DNA of 64,000 nt from Nitrospinaceae bacterium. GTDB lineage: Bacteria; Nitrospinota; Nitrospinia; Nitrospinales; Nitrospinaceae. Below the pieces are notes generated by a model, which saw only the letters and a program-made list of their open reading frames with translations, searched no databases and had not been told where the DNA came from. The position numbers and the translations under genes were made by a program. Shown piece by piece: positions 52,017 through 61,897 of this stretch. Numbering within the stretch: the stretch's first letter is position 1; each line of letters starts with the position of its first letter. The stretch lies in contig OZ250172.1 in NCBI GenBank assembly GCA_965237905.1, positions 1,600,001 to 1,664,000 of the forward strand. Reading direction: 5' to 3'.

Positions 52017-53363
52017 TTAGTCTTGATTTTCAGGAGTGGCCACCAAATCGTAATCCAGTGCGGCAGTGATGCGCACGGGAACGATATCTCCGGGTTCGGC
52101 CTCGCATTGCTCCAGAATCACCTGGCCGTCCACGTCTGGTCCTTGAAACGGCAAGCGCCCCAGCATGAGGAAGCCGTCGTCGGAATCCAGCCCTTCCACC
52201 AGCGCCGAATGGGTTTGCCCGACGCGTTCCCTGTTTTTGCGGAGGACGATCTCTCTCTGCGCGGCCATCAATTGATCGCGCCGCGCCGAGCCCAGCGCCA
52301 GGTCTATCTTATCGGGATAATCGAATGCCGTCGTGCCCGGTTCGTCCGAATAAGCGAACACGCCAACGTGATCGAACTGAACCTCGTTTACGAAATCGAG
52401 CATGTGTTCAAAGTATTCTTCCGTCTCGCCAGGAAATCCGGTAATGAACGTGGTGCGCAACGCGACGCCGGGGATACGTTGGCGCAGTTCGTCGATCATC
52501 TTTCGCACGCCGGCTTCCGTCTCCTGCCGTTTCATGTGTTTCAACATGAAATCGTGCGTATGTTGCAGAGGCACGTCGATGTACTTGCAGACCTGATCGA
52601 TGCGTTGCACGGCGTCCATCAAATCCGTAGTCAGCACCGTTGGATAGTTGTAGAACAGGCGTATCCAGTCGACTCCTTGCACCTCTGCCATCACTTCCAA
52701 TAATTGAATGAGACCGCGTTTCATGCCCAGGTCGTAACCGTAAAGCGTGGTGTCCTGCGACACGAGATTGAATTCCCGCACGCCGCCTGCGGCCAGTTGT
52801 TTGACCTCATCGACGATGGACTCTACCGGACGGCTCTGTATCGGACCGCGCAGTTTGGGGATGATGCAGAACGCGCATTTGTTGGAGCATCCTTCGGCAA
52901 TTTTGACATATGCGGAATAAAACGGCGTGGTCAGGACACGGTTGCCGGGCGTATCAAAATACTGCGCCGGTTCATGCACATGGTTGCGCTGTTGGGAACG
53001 ACCGGAGCCGTTCAAGAGATGCTTCAGCAAGGGGTACTGTTTGGTGCCGAGCAGGTGATCGATTTCCGGAATCTCTTGCAGCAGTTCTTCGGGATGGCGT
53101 TCCGCCAGGCATCCGGTGACGACCAACCGTTCGCACCGGCCTTTTGTTTTGTGCCCGGCCATTTCCAGAATGGTGTCGATCGATTCCTTGACTGACGATT
53201 GCAGAAACCCGCAGGTGTTAACGATAATGACGTCCGCTTGCGACTCATCCGGCGTCATCTCATAGCCGGACATCCCCAGGTCACCGAGCAGAGCTTCGGA
53301 GTCGACCAGATTTTTGGGACAGCCGAGGCTGACCATTCCTATTTTTTTAGGCATTTGATCCAT
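52017..53363 (-). CDS. rimO: Ribosomal protein S12 methylthiotransferase
   Basis: SLGCPKNLVDSE, NTCGF, CSNKCAFC.IP, C-terminal TRAM with P.VDG. Confidence 0.95.
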   Translation of the reverse strand: MDQMPKKIGMVSLGCPKNLVDSEALLGDLGMSGYEMTPDESQADVIIVNTCGFLQSSVKESIDTILEMAGHKTKGRCERLVVTGCLAERHPEELLQEIPEIDHLLGTKQYPLLKHLLNGSGRSQQRNHVHEPAQYFDTPGNRVLTTPFYSAYVKIAEGCSNKCAFCIIPKLRGPIQSRPVESIVDEVKQLAAGGVREFNLVSQDTTLYGYDLGMKRGLIQLLEVMAEVQGVDWIRLFYNYPTVLTTDLMDAVQRIDQVCKYIDVPLQHTHDFMLKHMKRQETEAGVRKMIDELRQRIPGVALRTTFITGFPGETEEYFEHMLDFVNEVQFDHVGVFAYSDEPGTTAFDYPDKIDLALGSARRDQLMAAQREIVLRKNRERVGQTHSALVEGLDSDDGFLMLGRLPFQGPDVDGQVILEQCEAEPGDIVPVRITAALDYDLVATPENQD

Positions 53364-53487
53364 AATATTCTTAAAAAAGAGTTAATCCGGCATCATACAG
53401 TATACGAGGAAATATGGAAATGAAATGCCGGAGGAAAGGGGAGCAACATTACTGTATCCCCTTCTTCCAGGGGGAGGAATATTTTAG

Positions 53488-53504
53488 GTCCAGCGTTACG
53501 CTGG
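53488..53504 (-). repeat. Post-stop palindrome, copy 4
   Basis: Minus strand CCAGCGTAACGCTGGAC, 15 nt after the mlaC stop. Confidence 0.7.
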
Positions 53505-53519
53505 CCGGGCTAGGCCCGG

Positions 53520-54134
53520 TCATTTTCGGGCGGCACTGAGTTTCTTTTGCATACGCCGGAGGAGTTCGGAATAATCGTTTTTCTTGATTGTCTTGTAAAA
53601 CTGCGTGCGCAGGTTGTTGCGCATACTCACCCCGTCGAGGATGACGTCCACCACCCGCCAGCGGGCGGAATTTTGCTCCAGCACAAAATCGAGGCCGACT
53701 TCCCCCTCCTCCTTGTGAACCACGGTGATGGGAACGGTGGCAGTTTTCCCATCCATCTGGGTGGAGGCATATTTGATATTCATCTCGCCAAAGAATTTGG
53801 AGGAATTGGGGAAGGCCACATACCGGAAAATGTCCCCCAACAATTGTACAAACTCATCCTGCTCTTTTTTACTCCGCTCTTTCCAATACTTTCCCAGAGT
53901 TGTTTGGCTGACCTGACGGACATCCATAAGAACCACCGCCTGACGGGAAATCTTATCATTCGCCTGTTGTTGTTCCGGCGTCAGAGGCTTCTTGTGATGC
54001 AACTGAGTGATGGACTGTAATAGTTGCTGCACGGTATCTTTCGGGGCGTCCGCAAGGGCGGCATCCGGGGCGGGTCCGGTCAGCCCAATCAGAATAAAAA
54101 CGACGAACAGGTGTAAGGTTTTGAGAAGTTTCAT
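53520..54134 (-). CDS. mlaC: MlaC/Ttg2D-family periplasmic lipid-binding protein
   Basis: Signal peptide; LGKYW...S.....EF; WRVVDV..DGVS.....R.QF. Confidence 0.85.
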   Translation of the reverse strand: MKLLKTLHLFVVFILIGLTGPAPDAALADAPKDTVQQLLQSITQLHHKKPLTPEQQQANDKISRQAVVLMDVRQVSQTTLGKYWKERSKKEQDEFVQLLGDIFRYVAFPNSSKFFGEMNIKYASTQMDGKTATVPITVVHKEEGEVGLDFVLEQNSARWRVVDVILDGVSMRNNLRTQFYKTIKKNDYSELLRRMQKKLSAARK

Positions 54135-54222
54135 GACTGGAGATATGATACATTAACGAGTTAAAGATAGCTGATCCGCCAGCTCCCTCCGGCGTTGCAG
54201 GTCCTCCAGTATAACTTAAATC

Positions 54223-55003
54223 ATGAGCCGAACGACTCCAAAACTTGGATGCAGACTTCTATGGATTGTCGGGATTGCCGGAGCGGCGATTCTGATGCTG
54301 GGCTTTGCCGTGCCTACCGGGGCCATGGAAAACATCCCCCCCCTCGTGCAAAGTGTATACGGGTGAGGCCTCCCTGGAATCTCTAAAACAAAGGGAAAGC
54401 CATTTGAAAGATGAGTTTCTTCTTTCTTCATCGGCAGCCATCGGCGATCACTGTGAAATGGCGCATGTCCATTACAAGCTGGCTCGAATATTGCCCGACC
54501 AGCGGGTTCAATATCTGAATTCCTGTATCGATCATTCACAGAGAGCCGTTCTCCGGGACTCCCGTGCCGGGGGCGGTTATTTTTTCAAAGGACTGTGCCT
54601 CGGGCGGTTGGGGGAGTTGAAAGGTATGTGGAATAGTCTGAAAATCATCGGGCCATTCCGCGAAAGCATGGAAGCCGCGGTTAAAATAGATCCTGCAATC
54701 GACCATGGCGGACCGCACCGCGCGCTGGGCCGGCTTTATTTCAAGTTACCGGGGGTCCTCGGCGGCGACATCAAAAAATCCATTGACCATTTGTTGAAAG
54801 CCGTGGATTATGGACCCCAGTATTGGGAAAATCACTATTTTCTTGCCGAGTCGTATTTTGAAAATCGTCAATACCTGTTGGCCCGGACCGAACTTCAAAG
54901 AACAATAGAAATTGCGTCGCAACCGAACGACGATCCAGACAGCAAGACCCACGCGGTCGAGTTTCAGGCATTGATGAAATCCATCGAACGCAACCTGCAC
55001 TGA
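54223..55003 (+). CDS. Exported TPR (TatT-like) protein, frameshifted at the C8 tract 54336-54343
   Basis: Signal peptide MSRTTPKLGCRLLWIVGIAGAAILMLGFAVPTGA is one frame off the body (GGPHRALGRLYFKLPG..GGD); C7 gives a 259-aa ORF. Confidence 0.75.
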
Positions 55004-55009
55004 GGCCCC

Positions 55010-56701
55010 ATGCTTCAGGAAATCCGCATTACAAATTTCGCTATCATCGAAAACCTTGCCATTGAGTTTCATGCCGGCCTCAACGTATTGACCGGTGAAA
55101 CCGGCGCGGGCAAATCCATTATCATCGATGCGCTTAACTTGATTCTGGGCGGCCGCGCGGATACCGATACCATCCGTTCCGGCGCTTCTACCGCCACCGT
55201 TGAAGCTTGCCTCACCCTCGACGATCCCAAAACCCTGGCGATGATCGCCGATCTCGGTATCGAAGTGGAAAACGGGCAGGTGATCATCAAACGCATCATT
55301 TCCAACAGTGACAAAAACCGGACGTACCTCAACAACAGCAATCTCACCGTTGCCGCCCTGTCCAAAATCGGCGACCGGTTGATCGATATCCACGGCCAAC
55401 ACGATCATCAATCCCTGCTTCATCCGGAAACGCATGTCGATCTTCTGGATCATTACGGGAAACTGCTGGCCGACCGCGACGCGTTCCAAGAACACTACGC
55501 CGCTTACCAGAAAAAAATTCAAACCCTCAAGCAGATGCAGACGAATCAGGGCGAACGCCTGCAGAGGCAGGACCTGCTCAATTTCCAGATTGGCGAAATC
55601 GACAAGGCCGGATTATCTGTCGGCGAAGACGATGCATTGAAAAACGAAAAAAACAAATTGAACCACGCCGAAAAACTGCACCAGTCGGTACAAAACGCGT
55701 TGGACCTGCTGGCAGATGCGGAAGGGTCGGCGCTGGAGTTGTTGGGCCGGGTGGACCGCGAACTGCAAAGCCTTCCGGAAATCGATCCGGCTCTGGAAAT
55801 CCAGGCCCAGCGCGGGCAAACCGCTTATCTCGAGGCGCAGGAGCTTGCCGAGGAATTGCGCGATTACCAGAGGACGATCGAATTCAACCCGGCGCGCCTG
55901 GAAGAAATCGAGGACCGTCTCGCGGAAATCAACGGGCTGAAACGCAAGTATGGCAACGACATTACCACCATCCTCGAATACCGGGCGACCATCGGCAGTG
56001 AGTTGGAAGCGCTGTCCATGGGTGAAGAGTCCATGGACACGTTGAAGGCGGAGATACAAACTCAGCAGAAGGAATTAGCTGGACTCGCCGTCGAGCTGGC
56101 GAAGCAACGGGAACAGGCCGCAGACACACTGAAGAAAGATGTGGAGAAGGAGCTTCGTGACTTGAGTATGAAGCACGTGCAATTCGGCGTGCGCTTTCTG
56201 TACGAGCCGGACGCGGAAGGCTTCACCACTTATAAAAACAAGAAGACGCGGACCCATGCCAACGGCATCGGCGAAATCGAGTTTTTATTCTCGCCCAATC
56301 CAGGAGAAGAACTGCGCCCGCTGGCGAAGATCGCATCCGGCGGTGAAATCTCGCGGGTAATGTTGTCGCTCAAATCCATTCTGAACGAGCAGGACCCGGT
56401 ACCCGTTATGGTGTTCGATGAAGTGGACAGCGGCATCAGCGGTGGCGTGGCGGAAAAGGTCGGCGCCAAGTTGAAAAAAATTTCCAAGCAGAAACAGATT
56501 TTATCCATCACCCACCTGCCGCAAATCGCGGGCATGGCGGACTCGCACTACCGGGTTCACAAAACGGTTTCCGGAAAGCGCACCCGTTCCACCATCATCG
56601 AGTTGGATTACGAACACCGCGTGGAAGAAATCGCCCGCATGTCCGGTGGCGAAACCATCACCGAAACCACCCTCAAGTACGCGCGGGAAATGATCAAGTA
56701 A
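55010..56701 (+). CDS. recN: DNA repair protein RecN
   Basis: LTGETGAGKSI, IHGQH, ASGGE.SR, FDEVD.GISG, ITHLPQ. Confidence 0.98.
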   Translation: MLQEIRITNFAIIENLAIEFHAGLNVLTGETGAGKSIIIDALNLILGGRADTDTIRSGASTATVEACLTLDDPKTLAMIADLGIEVENGQVIIKRIISNSDKNRTYLNNSNLTVAALSKIGDRLIDIHGQHDHQSLLHPETHVDLLDHYGKLLADRDAFQEHYAAYQKKIQTLKQMQTNQGERLQRQDLLNFQIGEIDKAGLSVGEDDALKNEKNKLNHAEKLHQSVQNALDLLADAEGSALELLGRVDRELQSLPEIDPALEIQAQRGQTAYLEAQELAEELRDYQRTIEFNPARLEEIEDRLAEINGLKRKYGNDITTILEYRATIGSELEALSMGEESMDTLKAEIQTQQKELAGLAVELAKQREQAADTLKKDVEKELRDLSMKHVQFGVRFLYEPDAEGFTTYKNKKTRTHANGIGEIEFLFSPNPGEELRPLAKIASGGEISRVMLSLKSILNEQDPVPVMVFDEVDSGISGGVAEKVGAKLKKISKQKQILSITHLPQIAGMADSHYRVHKTVSGKRTRSTIIELDYEHRVEEIARMSGGETITETTLKYAREMIK

Positions 56702-56781
56702 CAATCTTTTTGATTATCAAATAATGAAAATATATGTGGATGTTAATGTTGAGTGGCTGGGGCCAAAAGCCAAGGAATGAG

Positions 56782-56897
56782 CCCCCTCACCTTAATCCTC
56801 TCCCCTTGGGGGAGAGGAGATTTTTTGAATCCTGTTCATCCTGCTAATCCCGTTATCCTGTCTTCTTAGGGTTTTCTTCGCCTCCTCTGCGGTGAAA
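56782..56897. repeat. Cluster of REP-like intergenic modules between convergent recN and gpmA
   Basis: cccctcaccttaatcctctcccc-ttg-ggggagagg; atcctg repeats; cctctgcggtgaaa. Confidence 0.55.
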
Positions 56898-56919
56898 CTT
56901 TTACTTTCTCTTAAAAGAA

Positions 56920-57666
56920 TTATTTACCCTGGGCCTGTTGGGCAACGGCTTGCGCGGCTTTTTTCGCCGCTTCGGGGTCGCCCAGATAATAATGCTTTGT
57001 GGACTTCAGGTTTTCATCCAATTCGTAGACAAGTGGAATGCCGGTGGGGATGTTGAGTTCGGTGATGTCCTGTTCGCTGATGTTGTCGAGATGCATGACC
57101 AGTGCACGCAGGCTGTTGCCGTGGGCGCAGATCAAAACCTTTTTACCGGACTTGATGGCGGGTACAATCTCGTCGGACCAATAAGGCAGAAACCGCGCGA
57201 CGGTTTCCTTGAGTGACTCCGTCTGCGGCAGTTCTTTCGGGTCAACGTCCGCGTAACGCGGATCGTTGTGGGGCAGGCGGTCATCGTCATCGGGCAGGGG
57301 AGGCGGGGGAATATCGTAACTACGCCGCCAGATCTTTACTTGATCCGCGCCATGCTGTTCCGCGGTTTCCGTTTTGTTCAATCCCTGCAGATTGCCGTAA
57401 TGCCGCTCGTTCAACCGCCACGAGCGGTGCACCGGTATCCACATCAAATCCATCGCGTCGAGAGTGATCCATAACGTCCTAATGGCACGTTTGAGCACCG
57501 AAGTGTAAGCCACGTCAAAGGTCAACCCGGCATCCAGGATCGCTTTTGCGCCCTCCTGCGCTTCACTGCGGCCCTGATCGGTGAGATCAACATCCGTCCA
57601 ACCGGTAAAACGGTTTTCAAGATTCCAGATACTTTGTCCATGCCGCATCAGCACCACTTTGTACAT
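56920..57666 (-). CDS. gpmA: 2,3-bisphosphoglycerate-dependent phosphoglycerate mutase
   Basis: RHGQS.WN.ENRFTGW, LNERHYG, AHGNSLR. Confidence 0.98.
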   Translation of the reverse strand: MYKVVLMRHGQSIWNLENRFTGWTDVDLTDQGRSEAQEGAKAILDAGLTFDVAYTSVLKRAIRTLWITLDAMDLMWIPVHRSWRLNERHYGNLQGLNKTETAEQHGADQVKIWRRSYDIPPPPLPDDDDRLPHNDPRYADVDPKELPQTESLKETVARFLPYWSDEIVPAIKSGKKVLICAHGNSLRALVMHLDNISEQDITELNIPTGIPLVYELDENLKSTKHYYLGDPEAAKKAAQAVAQQAQGK

Positions 57667-57902
57667 GCCATTGACCCTTCAAAAATTGAATATTCGAACC
57701 ACGGGCGGTGGCTCCGCAAGGAATCCGAATTGTAACCCATCCCCAATAAAAACGCGATTGGGAGTGCAAAAATTTTCCTGGTTTGAGTGGATAACCGCCT
57801 GTCGTCTAAAATTTAAGGCTCGCAAATCAGTCTATTGTGTACAGAGTGCCCATAAAGGTTTAAAATTTAATTATTGCTCGGAAAACGAAACAGGGACAGT
57901 TT

Positions 57903-58871
57903 ATGGCCGATTCCGAAAAAACGGAATTCAGACAGATTACGCATACTTTTTTCGAAAAAGAATGGCGGGAAGGCTTTGACATCTTCTATCAAGTCTCCAA
58001 CGATGGAGAGCAGAAATTTGTCAAATTCGCTGAATTCGATCCCCAGGATTACTCCCGCCTGGATGCCATTTTTAAAGAAAAGCAAAGTGAAGTTTTTTAT
58101 ATCAAGGAAACCGATCTTTACAAATATTATCAGTTCAATATTTTAAAACACCTGCTTTTGGAACTCGCGCAGGAAAACCTTTCCGCGTGGGAAGTCTTTC
58201 GAAAGGTGTATCCCGTTGCGATGCGCATTCTCCAGGATTATCTGGAAATCTCCGCCTCGGATGCATTTTTGGAACTGTTGGATGAAATTCCCGAGGTACT
58301 GGCGGGATCTCTGGGCCCGGAGAACCTGCCATTTTACGAATTGTACGGCATCACCTTGAAGGAAAATACGATCCATGCGCATTGCGTTAACGTGGGATTG
58401 TACTGCCTGTGTCTGGCCCGGGAACTGGAAATGGACTGTAAAGACCGTGAAGAAATCTGCCGGGGTGGCCTGCTGGCGGATATCGGCAAACAATTCATTC
58501 CCAGGGAAGTACTGCTCAAGGAAGGTGAGTTGACGGAAGAAGACCGGCAGACCATCCGGCGGCATCCCGCCTTCGGCAAAAAAGCGTTGAATGAATTGAA
58601 GCGTTATTCCAGCACCGTGCTCCGCATGACAGCGGAACACCACGAGAACTTTGACGGAACCGGTTACCCACTGAAGATCGCGGGAAACAATATCGACACC
58701 GCCGCGCGGATTTGCAAAATCGCAGATGTCTTCAACGCGCTGACCAGCCGACGGTCCTACGGCGAGGTGATGACACCCGAACAAGCCCTGACGTTTATGA
58801 AAGAAGATTTGAGGGGGCAGTTCGACCCTGAACTATTGACCGCTTTTTTTATATACGTGGACCGGCAATAA
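57903..58871 (+). CDS. HD-GYP domain protein, degenerate active site
   Basis: LLADIGK (HD replaced by AD), HHENFDGTGYP, ADVFNAL. Confidence 0.85.
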   Translation: MADSEKTEFRQITHTFFEKEWREGFDIFYQVSNDGEQKFVKFAEFDPQDYSRLDAIFKEKQSEVFYIKETDLYKYYQFNILKHLLLELAQENLSAWEVFRKVYPVAMRILQDYLEISASDAFLELLDEIPEVLAGSLGPENLPFYELYGITLKENTIHAHCVNVGLYCLCLARELEMDCKDREEICRGGLLADIGKQFIPREVLLKEGELTEEDRQTIRRHPAFGKKALNELKRYSSTVLRMTAEHHENFDGTGYPLKIAGNNIDTAARICKIADVFNALTSRRSYGEVMTPEQALTFMKEDLRGQFDPELLTAFFIYVDRQ

Positions 58872-58878
58872 CTCCGGG

Positions 58879-59451
58879 TTATCCCTGCGCGTCTTCCTGC
58901 CGAATAAAATTCCTGCCGGTGCGTTCCTCGGGTTCGCGGGACACTTCTTCCAACAGTAACTGACAGATGCGCGTTTTGCCGGGCGTCACTTCGATCGCAA
59001 AGGGACCATGATTAAACATTTCGAGGGTGATGATGCCGAGCCCGGTGCCACAATGGATCATCGGCGCCGTCATGTGCACCGAAAATCCCAGCCGTGCCAG
59101 ACTGCTTTTACCCTCGACTCGCCCCGCGAGCTTCGACCCGGCGGGGAAGCGGACTTTCCCCAAGGTGGAGCCGAGATAAACCCGGTTGGGTTGCAAAAGA
59201 TATTTGCCCGACGGCTCCTTATCCACCTCCACCTGATGGAGCTTGGAAAATCCCCGGTAGTTGTATTCGTCCAGATTGATTTTGAGCGTCTCGTTATCCG
59301 GCCGAGTCAGTTCGGGATCCCAGATCCACAAAGGCTCGCCCATATGCAGGTCGATAGAGGTGGTGTCGATTTGCTCCTTACCGGGGGCGGGCTCGATCAT
59401 CATCCGCCCTTCTGCCAACGCTTTATGAATATCGTCGCCGCTTAAAATCAT
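58879..59451 (-). CDS. dcd: dCTP deaminase family protein
   Basis: MILS..DI, SIDL, EGKSSLARLG, ITLE..N, RICQL; ATG overlaps the tlyA stop. Confidence 0.85.
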   Translation of the reverse strand: MILSGDDIHKALAEGRMMIEPAPGKEQIDTTSIDLHMGEPLWIWDPELTRPDNETLKINLDEYNYRGFSKLHQVEVDKEPSGKYLLQPNRVYLGSTLGKVRFPAGSKLAGRVEGKSSLARLGFSVHMTAPMIHCGTGLGIITLEMFNHGPFAIEVTPGKTRICQLLLEEVSREPEERTGRNFIRQEDAQG

Positions 59452-60244
59452 ACGCCCACCGTTTCCCGGATGAGGGTGTCGTCCACACCGCTCTCCGTAT
59501 TCTGTTGCATCCCATGAATGAGATACTCCTGGTTGCCCTTCTGCCCCTTGATGGGCGAACGGCACACCTGCGCCAGACACCAGCCCGATGCCTCAATGAA
59601 TTGTTTCAGCTCCAGCAATACCTTCATATGTTTGTTCAGGTCGGTGATGACGCCCTGGTTTTCGACTTCATCCTTACCGACTTCAAACTGCGGTTTGACC
59701 AGCGCGATCCACTGACCGCCCGGTTTTAATATTGGGAACACGGCGGGCAGGATCAGCTTGAGAGAAATGAACGCGACATCGATCACCGCCAGGTCCAACG
59801 GTTCACCGCCTACCTCGTCCAATGACAATTGGCGGGCATTCTTACGGTCGATCATCACCACCCGGTCGTCCGATTGCAGTTTCCAATCGAGCTGGCCGTA
59901 CCCGACATCGACGGCAAATACTTTTGCCGCTCCATTCTGTAAAAGGCAATCGGTAAACCCGCCGGTCGACGCGCCAACGTCCACCGCCGTCTGCCCCGAT
60001 GGATCGATTTTGAATTCCTTGAGCGCCTGTGCCAGTTTCAATCCGCCGCGGCTGACGTAGGGGTTGGGATCTTCCGCGACCGAAACGTCGGCATCCTCCG
60101 CTACCATGCGGCCCGGCTTGTCCGCCGGGGCGTCGCCGAGTCGCACCTTGCCCGCGAGAATCAGGCTTTGGGCGCGTTCCCGCGACGACACCAGTTTTTT
60201 TTTACCAGCAATTGGTCGAGGCGGATTTTTTTAGTCGTCGTCAT
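59448..60244 (-). CDS. tlyA: TlyA-family rRNA methyltransferase, frameshifted at the A9 tract 60195-60203
   Basis: YVSRGGLKL, DVGASTGGFTD, LVKPQFE; the N-terminal MTTTKKIRLDQLLV from ATG 60244 is out of frame with VSSRERA. Confidence 0.9.
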
Positions 60245-60485
60245 CCGCGTCATCCTCATCCGCATCGGCGGGAAACAGTTCCGCGACCAGTTCGCCCTTC
60301 TGGTTTTTGGTGAGCTTTTCAATTTTCTGTTCCGCTTCGTTCAGTTTCTTGGAACAAACGCGCGACATCTTGATCCCTTCCTCAAAAATTTCCAGGGACT
60401 TATCGATGTCCAGCTCGCCCTTTTCCAATTCCTCGACGATTTGTTCGATACGGTTCATCGCCTTTTCAAATTTGATTTCAGCCAT
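60231..60485 (-). CDS. xseB: Exodeoxyribonuclease VII small subunit
   Basis: FE.AM..IE.IV..LE.G....SL..FEEG. Confidence 0.96.
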   Translation of the reverse strand: MAEIKFEKAMNRIEQIVEELEKGELDIDKSLEIFEEGIKMSRVCSKKLNEAEQKIEKLTKNQKGELVAELFPADADEDDADDDD

Positions 60486-60502
60486 AGAGATTCTCCTGAT
60501 CC

Positions 60503-61879
60503 TTATTCTATCGTTTCATCGACCGTGGCGTCCAGTTGGCCTTTGGCCAAACGAATGCGCACGGTATCGCCTTTGTTAATCTGTTTGCTGGAGGTCACTG
60601 CCTTGCCGGTCTTTTTCGAGGTGGCGATGCTGTAGCCCCGTTGCAGTACGTTCAACGGGTTGAGCGCTTCCAGATTTTTGGCGGCACCCGCCAGTTTTTG
60701 CTTTTTAAGATCAATCTGCGATTCCAGACGCCGCACCAGGCGCGCCATCAAATCGTTTTGCCGCTCCGACAGGGTTTGTATTTTTTTACCGGGTGAAGCC
60801 TGGAATAAACGATGCACTATCTGCGTCAGGTTGCCGCGTTTGACCAGCACCCATTGGTCGAGGCCGCGCAGAAGACGCTGAACCATTTCGTCGAGGCGTT
60901 GCGTGGGGGCTTCCAGAATCTGGCGCGGTTCCCGGAAAAACCGGCGGTCGATCAGATAACGCAACCGCTCGCGGTAATCTTCGATGTCCTCCTCCATCCG
61001 TTCGATCATCTGATTGGTGAGGTATTGCAGGTCCTGCACGATGTCGTTCAGTTTCGGCACCACCAGTTCTGCCGCGGCGGAGGGCGTGGGAGCGCGCAGG
61101 TCGGCAACAAAATCGGCGACTGTGAAATCGATTTCGTGACCGACAGCGGATACCACGGGAATTCCCGATTGCGCGATGGCGCGGGCGACGACTTCTTCGT
61201 TGAAGGCCCACAAGTCTTCGATGGACCCGCCGCCGCGTCCGACAATGAGTACGTCAATATCCTTTCGTTTATTCAATTCCCTGATGCCCTGGGCGATTTC
61301 TTCCGCTGACCCCTCGCCCTGCACTTTGGCGGGATACAATAATATCGATGTCTTCGGGTTACGCCGTTGAATGACGTGGATCATGTCGCGGATCGCCGCG
61401 CCGGTGGGGGAGGTGACGATGCCGATCTTCCACGGAATTTCAGGGAGCTCTTTTTTACGCGACTCGTCGAACAGGCCTTCTTTCGCCAGTTTTTCTTTGA
61501 GCTGTTCAAACGCTTTCTGCAGGGCGCCCAGGCCTTTGGGCTCCATGGCCTCGACAATAACCTGGTAATCTCCACGCGCTTCGTACACCGTAACGCGTCC
61601 CAGCAGAAGTATCTGGTCGCCGTCCTCCGGTGTGAACTTCATACCCACGCGTTGTCCGCGGAACAGCACGCATTTGATCTGCGCTTTATCATCTTTCAAA
61701 ACGAAATAGGCATGGCCCGAGGCGGCCGTTCGGAAATTGGAAATCTCGCCTTCGATCCACGCCGTTTCAAACGCGGCTTCGAGGATAGCCCGCACGTCGC
61801 GCGTGATTTCGCTAACGGTGTAGACGTGCGGTTGTTCGACCGGGATGTGTCCCGCGGATTGTGGTTGCGCTTGAGTCAT
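60503..61879 (-). CDS. xseA: Exodeoxyribonuclease VII large subunit
   Basis: GEISN, SGH.YF.LKD, RGGGSIEDLW.FN, GHE.D, APTPSAAAE. Confidence 0.98.
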   Translation of the reverse strand: MTQAQPQSAGHIPVEQPHVYTVSEITRDVRAILEAAFETAWIEGEISNFRTAASGHAYFVLKDDKAQIKCVLFRGQRVGMKFTPEDGDQILLLGRVTVYEARGDYQVIVEAMEPKGLGALQKAFEQLKEKLAKEGLFDESRKKELPEIPWKIGIVTSPTGAAIRDMIHVIQRRNPKTSILLYPAKVQGEGSAEEIAQGIRELNKRKDIDVLIVGRGGGSIEDLWAFNEEVVARAIAQSGIPVVSAVGHEIDFTVADFVADLRAPTPSAAAELVVPKLNDIVQDLQYLTNQMIERMEEDIEDYRERLRYLIDRRFFREPRQILEAPTQRLDEMVQRLLRGLDQWVLVKRGNLTQIVHRLFQASPGKKIQTLSERQNDLMARLVRRLESQIDLKKQKLAGAAKNLEALNPLNVLQRGYSIATSKKTGKAVTSSKQINKGDTVRIRLAKGQLDATVDETIE

Positions 61880-61897
61880 AAGTTGTGAGGGATACGC

